DNA from: an uncultured Acidobacteriaceae bacterium
GTDB lineage: Bacteria; Acidobacteriota; Terriglobia; Terriglobales; Acidobacteriaceae
Length of the DNA stretch: 56,881 nt
Direction: 5' to 3'
Assembly (NCBI GenBank): GCA_964245415.1
Contig: CAXTMM010000003.1
Span: 12,854 to 69,734 of the forward strand
The translations under genes and the position numbers were made by a program. This document shows, piece by piece, positions 48,714 to 56,881 of this stretch; the first letter of the stretch is position 1; the number at the start of each line of letters is the position of its first letter. The notes below the pieces were generated by a model. It was not told where the DNA came from and made no database searches. It saw only the letters and a list, made by a program, of their open reading frames with translations.

Positions 48714-49817
48714 ATGAACAAGCTTGTTGTCGGCAACCTGCTCCACCGGCCTATCCGCACGCTTGTCAGCGTCTTCTCGGTGGCCATTGAGCTGGTCATG
48801 ATCTTGTCCATCGTGGGCCTCTTGATCGGCGAGGTCTCGCACCAACAATCGCAGACCAACGGCATCGGGGCGGACATGATCGTGCATCCGCCCAACTCAA
48901 GCTTTTTCTCGGCCGTCGGCGGGGCCCCGGTGCCGGCCAGGATACGCGATGTACTCGCCAAGCTACCGCATGTCATGGTTGCCTCGCCGGTGATCAGCGA
49001 TCTCAGCACGGTCGGCTCGGTCGAAACAATCTGGGGCATCGACTTTCTCACCTACAACGCACTCAAGCCCTTCGTCTTTCTTCAGGGTGGCCCCTTTGCC
49101 GGCCCGGATGATGTGATCGTCGACGACTTCTACGCCGCCAGCAACGGTGGACACCACCAGGGCGACACGATCCAGATCAAGGGACACCCCTTTCGGATCG
49201 CCGGGATCTTCGCGCATGGCAAAGGCGGCCGCAAGTTTGTTCCCATTCGCACTCTTGGCGGGCTGATGGGGTCGCCGGACAACGCTTCACTCTTTTACCT
49301 GCGCTCGGACGACAAGGCAGACGAGGAGCTCATCCGGCAAGAGATCCTGGCCACCCCGGGACTCAGCCAGTATCAAATCCAAACTCTAGACGAGTGGATG
49401 TCGCTGATGACCCCCGAGCACCTGCCCGGCTTCACGGCGTTTCTCGACAGCGTCATCTCGATCGCGGTCATTGTCGGCTTCCTGGTCATCTTCCAGTCCA
49501 TGTACACAGCGGTAATGGAGCGCACACGCGAGATCGGGATCCTCAAGTCGCTGGGCGCCTCGCGAGGCTATATCGTATCAACCGTGCTGCGTGAGGCAGC
49601 CTTGGTCACCGTCGCCGGAATCATGGTCGGCGTACTGTTGACCCTGCTCATCAAGCTCGGACTGCACTACCGCTTCCCCACGCGGCCCTTCGAGATACCA
49701 CCGGTCTGGTGGCTGCGTGGCGTATTCATCGGCTTTACCGGCGCGATCCTGGGAGCAACCTACCCCGCGGTCAAGGCTGCCAACAAGGATCCGATCGACG
49801 CACTCGCTTACGAGTAA
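48714..49817 (+). CDS. ABC transporter permease, MacB/FtsX family
   Basis: NLLHRPIRT, ERTREIGILKSLGA and DPIDALAYE. Confidence 0.93.
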   Translation: MNKLVVGNLLHRPIRTLVSVFSVAIELVMILSIVGLLIGEVSHQQSQTNGIGADMIVHPPNSSFFSAVGGAPVPARIRDVLAKLPHVMVASPVISDLSTVGSVETIWGIDFLTYNALKPFVFLQGGPFAGPDDVIVDDFYAASNGGHHQGDTIQIKGHPFRIAGIFAHGKGGRKFVPIRTLGGLMGSPDNASLFYLRSDDKADEELIRQEILATPGLSQYQIQTLDEWMSLMTPEHLPGFTAFLDSVISIAVIVGFLVIFQSMYTAVMERTREIGILKSLGASRGYIVSTVLREAALVTVAGIMVGVLLTLLIKLGLHYRFPTRPFEIPPVWWLRGVFIGFTGAILGATYPAVKAANKDPIDALAYE

Positions 49818-49919
49818 GGGAACGTGCCTGACGGGATACGATAATCGCAACATAGGACCCTAGGCCGCGTACCAGGTAACGGGGCATTTACTGAAATCCT
49901 GCATCACTCTCCAGGTCGG

Positions 49920-51479
49920 ATGAAACGGTACCGCGCACTTCTCACACTCTGGCCGGCACTCTGGTGGGCAGCCATCGCTGCTTTATTTGCCCTGCACTTC
50001 GTGCATCTGCGGGCCGACTTCCCCAACTTCTCGCCATGGATGGACTACGCGAAGTACACAGACGAGGGCTGGTACGGCAACGCCGCGATCCGGCAGGCCC
50101 TCTACGGCCACTGGCGCCTGCCAGGGGATTTCAATCCAGCGGTGGCACTGCCTGTCTGGCCGCTGCTGCTGCGACTCGCGTTTGTCATCGGCGGGGTAAG
50201 CCTGCCGGTCGCCCGGATCCTTGGGCTGCTTGTCTTCGGCTGCAACCTGCTGGTCAGCTACGCGCTGCTGCGGTTTTCAGCCACGCGGGTGGTAGCACTA
50301 GCCGGGGTAACTTTCCTTGCCGGTAGCGCCTATCTCTGGGCCTTCAGCCGTCTCGCCATCCTTGAGCCGCTGCTCATCCTGTTTCTGTTGCTGAGCTGGC
50401 TCGTGGTCCTCCGGCTCCCAGACGCCTTGGCGCTCCATCGCAGAGGACTGCTAGGCGCCGGCTTGCTGCTCGCCCTTGCCGTTTTGACGAAGACAACTGC
50501 CATCTTTCTGGTTCCCTCCACCCTTTACCTGGTGTGGCACGCCAATCGCTTTGCCTTAAGACAGACGCTCCGCGATTACGGCATCCTTGCGGCAGGGGGC
50601 CTGACGCCATGGCTCGCCTATTACCTCTTAGTCGTACGCCCCCATCTCGCGTCCGACTACCACTACCTCTTCGCCGCCAACCGCTGGGACCAGCCGAAAA
50701 CAGCCAGCGGTTGGTTCTGGGCCTTCTGGTACGCGCTGCATGGCTCTCTGTGGGTCGATCCGGTCCTCTGCGGCCTCGCCATCGCGTTGCTGGTGCTCGG
50801 TATCCTGGGCCGGCCGCGCATCTGGCAGCAGCCGCTGGTCATTGCGTCACTGCTCAGCTCGGCCGGTTACATCTTCTTCACCGGCTGGCATAACAGCCCG
50901 CAGCCGCGCTACTACGAGGTCGTCACCAACCCGCTGGACTTCCTCGCCTGTCTGGGCGCGGCGAGTCTCTGGCGCGCCGCAACCGATCGCAACCAGGTCA
51001 TCCTGCGCGGGCTAGGGGTAGCCGCCTGGGCAGTCTTCACCGTGACTACGGCACTCAACCTACGCGGCACTCTGCACTTTGCCCGGCATCCTGAATACTC
51101 CCTTGTCCGCGCCGCTCGCGGGGTCACCCGCTATATCGACCGGCACCCCAACGGCAACCGCCTCTTGCTCTCCATCTCCGGCGATCAGATCTCGCTTATT
51201 ACCCACCTTCCCGCCATCTGCGACGATTTCGGGACCGTCGATCTGCCCTACCGCATCCACCAGTACCAGCCCGGCTGGTATGCAGCCTGGAACGAGATCG
51301 ATCCCGGAACGCTCGAAGATCTGCGCACGCAGTATTCACTCGAGCAAGTAGCACGATTCCACGCGCTCGATGATGAAGACCGCGATGTACTGCTTCTTTA
51401 CAAACTTCACCCGCTGCCAGCCGCGCGTCAGGATTACAACGCCGAGGAAGAGGCCGCAGCGAACCAAAGACTGGAATAG
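49920..51479 (+). CDS. GT-C fold (ArnT/GT39-like) membrane glycosyltransferase
   Basis: TDEGWY after TM1, SRLAILEP, LTKTT and QPRYY; many TM helices. Confidence 0.8.
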   Translation: MKRYRALLTLWPALWWAAIAALFALHFVHLRADFPNFSPWMDYAKYTDEGWYGNAAIRQALYGHWRLPGDFNPAVALPVWPLLLRLAFVIGGVSLPVARILGLLVFGCNLLVSYALLRFSATRVVALAGVTFLAGSAYLWAFSRLAILEPLLILFLLLSWLVVLRLPDALALHRRGLLGAGLLLALAVLTKTTAIFLVPSTLYLVWHANRFALRQTLRDYGILAAGGLTPWLAYYLLVVRPHLASDYHYLFAANRWDQPKTASGWFWAFWYALHGSLWVDPVLCGLAIALLVLGILGRPRIWQQPLVIASLLSSAGYIFFTGWHNSPQPRYYEVVTNPLDFLACLGAASLWRAATDRNQVILRGLGVAAWAVFTVTTALNLRGTLHFARHPEYSLVRAARGVTRYIDRHPNGNRLLLSISGDQISLITHLPAICDDFGTVDLPYRIHQYQPGWYAAWNEIDPGTLEDLRTQYSLEQVARFHALDDEDRDVLLLYKLHPLPAARQDYNAEEEAAANQRLE

Positions 51480-51634
51480 ACCTGGATGGATGTAGCCGCG
51501 CCTGGAAGTGTAGCGGTGCCGTTCGGGTAAATAGCCAGCAGCTGACACGACGGACTATGCAGCTGCTGTAAACCAGGGTCAGGAAAGAGAAGAGGAATCA
51601 CGAAAGTAGTGTGGTTGAAACCGTCCATCCAGCG

Positions 51635-51847
51635 TTACTTCAAAGTGCGCGTGTCCAGCTCCCGCTTCAGGTACACAGCCTGGCCAAGCCACACTATCCC
51701 GAACAATCCGACAAGCGCATGAGCCAGGTTGGTTCGCGAGAGTGCCCAAGCTGGGAGAAACCCAGAGTTCGCGCTTTCGAGCACGAAGAACACGCCCAGC
51801 AGCATAGCCACGATCATGCGGAACCTGAGTAGCCCAACACTCGTCAT
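51635..51847 (-). CDS. Small membrane protein (2 TM)
   Basis: MTSVGLLRFRMIVAMLLGVFF... has two hydrophobic helices. Start uncertain (ORF extends to 51928). Confidence 0.5.
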   Translation of the reverse strand: MTSVGLLRFRMIVAMLLGVFFVLESANSGFLPAWALSRTNLAHALVGLFGIVWLGQAVYLKRELDTRTLK

Positions 51848-52005
51848 GCGTGTGATTCTTTCAACAAACGCGAGGAGCAGCAAGGGAATGCCCGCAAGCT
51901 GCTTTCGTAAAAGCCCAGCTCTCGTCATCCGGACCCAGCCGAACGATCTGCAATGGAGTCAGTCGCCCGCATCCTATAGGCATCCACCGATTACGATAAA
52001 CAGAT

Positions 52006-53274
52006 ATGCTGCAGGAGCTTTACGCCCGATGGATGTACCGCTGGGAGACCGACCTCACCACCCGCGATGAGAACCGTATCGTCCGCCCCCTTGACTGGGG
52101 CTTCGACTGGTTGAGCAATTACACCGACACGCGCCTCGCCGCAGCAGGCGCCAAAGCCTCGCCCGTCGAGCGTGCCCGCATCCATGCCAGCACCTATACC
52201 GCCACCGCAGTAGCGGAAGCTCCGTCGCGGTCATCCGTGCAAGCGGAGGAAGAGCGCATGCTCGCCATCAACGACGCCATCCTCGCCGACAGTGAAAGCT
52301 TCTTCAACTACACCCCGCCCTACGACTACCGCCTCGAGCAGCGCCACCCCGCCCTCTTCCCTACCAACGTCCGCCCTGAAACCCTCGCTCAGGACGCCGA
52401 ACTCAGAGCCCGCGCCGAACGCGGCGAGCTCCCCCAGGCCGAGTTCCTCCGCTTCACCTCGCCCATCCGCACCCCATACCCCGAAAACGACCTGGTCAAC
52501 GCCCGCTGGTACCCTGCAGAGCAGGACAAGCAAACCGGCGCGCACCCGCGCAAAGCTATCATCGTCATGCCCCAGTGGAACGCTGACGCCTTCTCCCACA
52601 ACGCGCTCTGCACCATGTTCAATCGCTTCGGTGTCTCCGCCCTCCGCCTCTCGAAGCCCTACCACGACATCCGCCGCCCGAAGGAGCTCGAGCGCTCCGA
52701 CTACGCCGTCTCCTCCAATATCGGCCGCACCCTCGCCGCCTGCCAGCAGGCTGTCGTCGACATCCGCTGCTGCCTTGACTGGCTTGAGGCTCAGGGTTAT
52801 GAGCATTTCGGCGTGCTCGGTACATCCTTGGGCAGCTGCTACGCCTTCCTCGCCGCCGCCCACGACGAGCGCCTGGAAGTCTGCGCCTTCAACCACGCCT
52901 CCACCTCCTTTGGCGACGTAGTCTGGACCGGCCAAAGCACCCGCCACATCCGCGCCGCTTTTGAAGCCGAAGGCCTCACCCAGCAACGCCTCAACGCGCT
53001 CTGGGGCGCTATCAGCCCTATCCACTACATGCACCGCTTCCGCTCGACCGCTGCCCGGCGCAATCGCAGAACGCTGGTCGTCCACGCCACCTACGACCTG
53101 ACCTTCCTCCAGGAGTTTTCGGTAGAAGTCCTGCGCAGCTTCGACCAGCAGGGGATCCCCTACGAGTCCAAAGTCCTACCCTGCGGCCACTACACCACGG
53201 GCGAAACACCGTACAAGTTTCTAGATGGCTGGTATCTCGGCTCGTTCGTCTACGAGGCATTCAAGGCGATCTAA
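52006..53274 (+). CDS. Alpha/beta hydrolase (ABHD18-like)
   Basis: GTSLGS nucleophile elbow, ATYD and PCGHYT; strong C-ending codon usage. Confidence 0.85.
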   Translation: MLQELYARWMYRWETDLTTRDENRIVRPLDWGFDWLSNYTDTRLAAAGAKASPVERARIHASTYTATAVAEAPSRSSVQAEEERMLAINDAILADSESFFNYTPPYDYRLEQRHPALFPTNVRPETLAQDAELRARAERGELPQAEFLRFTSPIRTPYPENDLVNARWYPAEQDKQTGAHPRKAIIVMPQWNADAFSHNALCTMFNRFGVSALRLSKPYHDIRRPKELERSDYAVSSNIGRTLAACQQAVVDIRCCLDWLEAQGYEHFGVLGTSLGSCYAFLAAAHDERLEVCAFNHASTSFGDVVWTGQSTRHIRAAFEAEGLTQQRLNALWGAISPIHYMHRFRSTAARRNRRTLVVHATYDLTFLQEFSVEVLRSFDQQGIPYESKVLPCGHYTTGETPYKFLDGWYLGSFVYEAFKAI

Positions 53275-53281
53275 AAACCAA

Positions 53282-53306
53282 AGCAGAATCAACCTTTGAT
53301 TCTGCT
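53282..53306. terminator. Hairpin between convergent genes
   Basis: AGCAGAATCAA-cct-TTGATTCTGCT, a perfect 11-bp stem. Confidence 0.6.
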
Positions 53307-53339
53307 CTGGCGCAAACTGACCCTTTGCGAAACCAGCTC

Positions 53340-53510
53340 TTACTTATCCCGCCGCTCAGTAACAGGCAGGTCTTTAGGACTCAGGAACTGCCCCTGGCTA
53401 TCCCGGCGCTGCTCCAGCTGAGGCGGCAAATCCCTCTGCGCCGCCACTTCCTGCAGAGACTCGATGCTGATGCTGCGCCGGGGTAAAAAGGGAACTGTTG
53501 GTGTCGTCAT
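53340..53510 (-). CDS. Small hypothetical protein (56 aa)
   Basis: Strong AGGAGGAG SD 5 nt before the ATG at 53510 (MTTPTVPFLPRR...). Confidence 0.6.
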   Translation of the reverse strand: MTTPTVPFLPRRSISIESLQEVAAQRDLPPQLEQRRDSQGQFLSPKDLPVTERRDK

Positions 53511-53741
53511 AGTTACTCCTCCTAGCCCGAGTCTGCCCCATTCAAACACTTCCCACCAGATCACCGGCGATTCCTCTCAGCTCAAAGGAGTGGCGTACTA
53601 ATTACGCACATGAAGTTAGCCTGCGGGGTAAGTTCGCGTGCCCTCGATCGAGCTCGGCCCGGCTTGGCCTGTCTGTAGCGCATCTCAAACTCTCAGAACG
53701 CTTTGAACCGTGTCACACCAACGCAAAGAGAAAGATTCAAA

Positions 53742-54806
53742 ATGACCCGAAAAGCACTCGTCGTAGGAGCCACCGGCATCACCGGCGGTAATCTCGCTAT
53801 GCACCTTGCCGCTCAGGGTTGGCAGGTCTACGCTGTAGCCCGAAAGGCGCAGGCCCATCCAGGCATCGAGCCCATTGTCGCGGACCTGCTCGATCCGTAC
53901 TCCCTTCGAACCGCTCTCGCTCCGCTCTCCCCGACCCATGTCTTCTTCTGCACCTGGCTCCGGCAGGCGACCGAAGCGGAGAATGTGCGCGTCAACGGCG
54001 CCATGATCGAGAACCTCTTCGCCGCCCTATCTGACTCAACCAGGCTCCAGCACGCCGCGCTCATCACCGGCACCAAGCAGTACCTCGGTCCGTTTGAAGC
54101 CTACGGCCAAACCGCCGCCGAAACGCCCTTCCGCGAAGACACCCCGCGTCTGCCCGGCCTCAACTTCTACTACACGCAGGAGGATGTGCTCTTTGCCGCC
54201 GCCGAGCGGCGCGCCTTCACCTGGAGCGTGCATCGCCCCCACTCCATCGTTGGCTTTGCTCTGGGAAACGCTATGAACATGGGCGTCACACTTGCCGTGT
54301 ACGCGACCCTGAGCCGGGAGACCGGAGCGCCTTTTGTCTTCCCCGGCTCGCATTTTCAATGGAATGCCATTACTGATGTGACGGACGCCCGCCTGCTCGC
54401 CAAACACCTCGAATGGGCTGCACTCACCCCCGCCGCTCACAACATGGCCTTCAACGTGGTCAATGGAGACATCTTTCGCTGGCGCTGGCTCTGGCCGCAG
54501 CTAGCCGCATACTTCGGTGTGCAGCCAGAAGGTCCCCCGCCAGAAACAACCGCCCCGCTCGAGGCGCGCATGGCCGATGCAGCCCCAATCTGGCGTACTA
54601 TCGCTGCCAGGCACAATCTTGCCGAACCGGACATAGATAAACTCGTCTCCTGGTGGCACACTGACGGCGATCTGGGCCGCACCCTCGAGTGCGTCAACGA
54701 CATGACGAAATCTCGCGAACTCGGCTTTACCATCTACCAGCAGACGCCCGCATCCTTCTTCGAGCTCTTTGACCGGCTCAAGCAGGCCCGCATCATTCCT
54801 GCATAA
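53742..54806 (+). CDS. PRISE-type SDR (progesterone 5-beta-reductase / iridoid synthase-like)
   Basis: ALVVGATGITG, TGTKQYLGP, NFYYTQED, TWSVHRP and FNVVNGD are the PRISE/VEP1 motifs. Confidence 0.9.
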   Translation: MTRKALVVGATGITGGNLAMHLAAQGWQVYAVARKAQAHPGIEPIVADLLDPYSLRTALAPLSPTHVFFCTWLRQATEAENVRVNGAMIENLFAALSDSTRLQHAALITGTKQYLGPFEAYGQTAAETPFREDTPRLPGLNFYYTQEDVLFAAAERRAFTWSVHRPHSIVGFALGNAMNMGVTLAVYATLSRETGAPFVFPGSHFQWNAITDVTDARLLAKHLEWAALTPAAHNMAFNVVNGDIFRWRWLWPQLAAYFGVQPEGPPPETTAPLEARMADAAPIWRTIAARHNLAEPDIDKLVSWWHTDGDLGRTLECVNDMTKSRELGFTIYQQTPASFFELFDRLKQARIIPA

Positions 54807-54863
54807 TTTGAAGCGAAAAACTAGTTGCCATGCTCCGTACCTGCAACATAGCCGCCAGGTCCT

Positions 54864-55991
54864 TCAGCCCGCACCTTCCAACACCACCCGCTCCCGCAAC
54901 AACTCCCGCAATACAACCTCCTCCTGCCTTAACGCAAACGCATGCTCAGCAATCTCCTCCTCCAGCTTCTCCTTCGCCTCCCGCGCCGTCATCCCCCCCA
55001 AGTACGACTCCAGCACCGCCGGATGCACATAACACTTCCGACAGACCGAAGGCGTATTCCCCAGCCGCTTCGCCACCGCCGCAATCGCCTGCACCACATT
55101 CTTCTTAGCCTGCGTAGCTGACTCGAACGGCTCAAACGCTCGCAGCAAATCGTAAGCCAGCACCGACCCCGCCCAGGTCCGGAAGTCCTTCGCTGTAAAG
55201 TGCTGTTCTGCAATCTCCTGCAGATACCCATTCACATCCGAAGAGTCAACCGAATGCCGCTCACCCTCCGCGTCCAGGTACTGAAATAACTCATACCCCG
55301 GAATGTCTGCGCATCTCTTGACAATCGCCGCGAGCCGCCGATCCTTAAGGTTAATGGTGTGGTGCACCCGGCTCTTACCCTGAAAGGTAAACGTGATCTT
55401 CGAGCCTTCCACCTCCACATGCTTGTTTCGCATGGTCGTCAACCCATACGACTTGTTCTCCCGCGCATATTCCTCGTTACCCACGCGGATGTGGGTTGCC
55501 TCCATCAGGCTCACGATCGTCGCCAGCACCTTTTTTCGAGGTAGCCCAGGAAGCGCAAGATCATGCTGAATGCGCTCACGAATCAACGGCAGCGCATCCG
55601 CAAAATGCATCATGCGCTCATACTTGGTCTCATCCCGCACCTCGCGCCACCGGGGATGATACCGGCTCTGCTTGCGCCCTTTGGCATCGCGCCCAGTCGC
55701 CTGCAGATGCCCATTCGCCAACGGACAAATCCAGACATTTTGCCATGCCGGAGGAATGACCAGCGACTTGATCCTCCCCAGCGTCGTCTGATCGCTCACC
55801 GCCTTCCCATCCGGCCCGGTATACCGAAAGTGCGAGCCATGCTTTTTGCGCGCGATCCCAGGCCGCGCGTCGGTCACATACCGTAAACCGGCCGCCCGTG
55901 CGGACTCCTCCGGATCAGGGCTCGGCTCTTCGAGCGCGCTTGGGGGGCGAAGTTCGCCAGATCGCATCGGCTTCTCGAGTACCGTAGTCAT
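54864..55991 (-). CDS. Bacterial (poxvirus-like) DNA topoisomerase IB
   Basis: IPPAW, GRDAKGRKQSRYH, IRVGNEEY, SYGLTT, FQGKS, KDFRTW and LGNTPSVCRKCYVHP (catalytic Tyr). Confidence 0.95.
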   Translation of the reverse strand: MTTVLEKPMRSGELRPPSALEEPSPDPEESARAAGLRYVTDARPGIARKKHGSHFRYTGPDGKAVSDQTTLGRIKSLVIPPAWQNVWICPLANGHLQATGRDAKGRKQSRYHPRWREVRDETKYERMMHFADALPLIRERIQHDLALPGLPRKKVLATIVSLMEATHIRVGNEEYARENKSYGLTTMRNKHVEVEGSKITFTFQGKSRVHHTINLKDRRLAAIVKRCADIPGYELFQYLDAEGERHSVDSSDVNGYLQEIAEQHFTAKDFRTWAGSVLAYDLLRAFEPFESATQAKKNVVQAIAAVAKRLGNTPSVCRKCYVHPAVLESYLGGMTAREAKEKLEEEIAEHAFALRQEEVVLRELLRERVVLEGAG

Positions 55992-56043
55992 GACTGTGTA
56001 GGATGCTAGACCGACGCACCTGCATTCACGCCTGGACCTGCAG

Positions 56044-56083
56044 CATTCGCAACATCAAGGCCCGCACCATTCGCAACATCAAG
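56044..56083. repeat. Perfect 16-bp direct repeat, 2 copies, 24-bp period
   Basis: CATTCGCAACATCAAG at 56044-56059 and 56068-56083. Confidence 0.85.
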
Positions 56084-56173
56084 TCCGCTCCAAACCGACC
56101 AGCTGAGCAGGGGCGGCTCTTTCGGCAAAGCCGCATCTGCCACAGCTCATGTGCCCAGGACTACAATTCCTAT

Positions 56174-56881
56174 ATGTCCGCCGCCACCGAAACCCGCTTC
56201 GCCCGCTCCCTCGCCCTGACTGACCCCAATATCTTCGATGCGATCGAAAACGAGACCCGCCGCCAGCACGAGGGCCTGGAGATGATCGCCTCCGAAAACT
56301 TCGTCAGCGAGGCCGTGCTCGAAGCCGCTGGCTCGGTCTTCACCAACAAGTACGCCGAGGGCTATCCAGGGCGCCGCTACTACGGCGGCTGCGAGTATGC
56401 AGACGTGGTCGAGACCCTGGCTCGCGACCGCGCCAAGGCCCTCTTCAATGCCGAGTACGCGAACGTCCAGCCCCACTCCGGCTCGCAGGCAAATGCCGCC
56501 GCCTACATGGCGATCCTCTCGCCAGGCGATACGATCCTCGGCCTCGACCTCGCCCATGGCGGCCACCTCACCCACGGCCACAAGCTCAACTTCTCCGGCA
56601 AGCTCTACAAGGTCGCCAGCTACAGCGTCCGCAAAGACACAGAGCAGATTGACTACGACGAGCTAGAGCAGATCGCCGAGCGCGAGCGCCCCAGGCTGAT
56701 CATCGGCGGCGGCAGCGCCTACGCTCGCATCCTCGACTTCCCCCGCATGCGCGCCATCGCCGACAAGGTTGACGCCCTGCTACTCGTCGACATGGCCCAC
56801 ATCTCCGGTCTCGTCGCAGGCGGCGCCCACCCCTCGCCCCTCCCTCATGCCGACATCGTCACCACCACAACCCACAAGACC
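56174..56881 (+). CDS. glyA: Serine hydroxymethyltransferase, 3'-partial
   Basis: Hand translation: [48 protein letters not shown] and TTTTHKT at the window end. Confidence 0.97.
   Translation, partial: MSAATETRFARSLALTDPNIFDAIENETRRQHEGLEMIASENFVSEAVLEAAGSVFTNKYAEGYPGRRYYGGCEYADVVETLARDRAKALFNAEYANVQPHSGSQANAAAYMAILSPGDTILGLDLAHGGHLTHGHKLNFSGKLYKVASYSVRKDTEQIDYDELEQIAERERPRLIIGGGSAYARILDFPRMRAIADKVDALLLVDMAHISGLVAGGAHPSPLPHADIVTTTTHKT

Noticed and set aside
54864-55991. Tyrosine recombinase or integrase of a mobile element
   Set aside because: The motifs are those of topoisomerase IB, and no att sites or cargo boundaries are visible.

Overview
GC-rich bacterial chromosome segment, most likely from an Acidobacteriota (Terriglobia-like) genome. 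That placement is inferred from the Oar-type TonB receptor, the PheT lacking domain B2, the orphan Flp pilin and several conserved hypotheticals. Housekeeping genes (ruvB, msrA, pheS-pheT, rpsU, infC, rpmI-rplT, murJ, coaE, tRNA-Phe, metK, glyA) are interleaved with exported glycoside hydrolases, other hydrolases, GT-C-type membrane glycosyltransferases, a type IB topoisomerase and a decayed DUF3857/transglutaminase gene. I found no CRISPR array, prophage, integrase or transposase, and no multi-gene novel system that I can support with confidence. The best leads are non-coding or small-scale: (1) a structured metK 5' leader with competing SD/anti-SD pairings that fits no SAM riboswitch class I recognise; (2) a split infC / rpmI-rplT operon with a long structured spacer before rplT; (3) a palindromic-repeat fragment translated in frame inside pheT; (4) apparent leaderless genes throughout, including an unlisted 56-aa membrane protein; (5) an exported-enzyme islet between infC and rpmI containing an unclassified Tat-exported helical-barrel protein. 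All calls come from reading motifs by eye; no searches were run.
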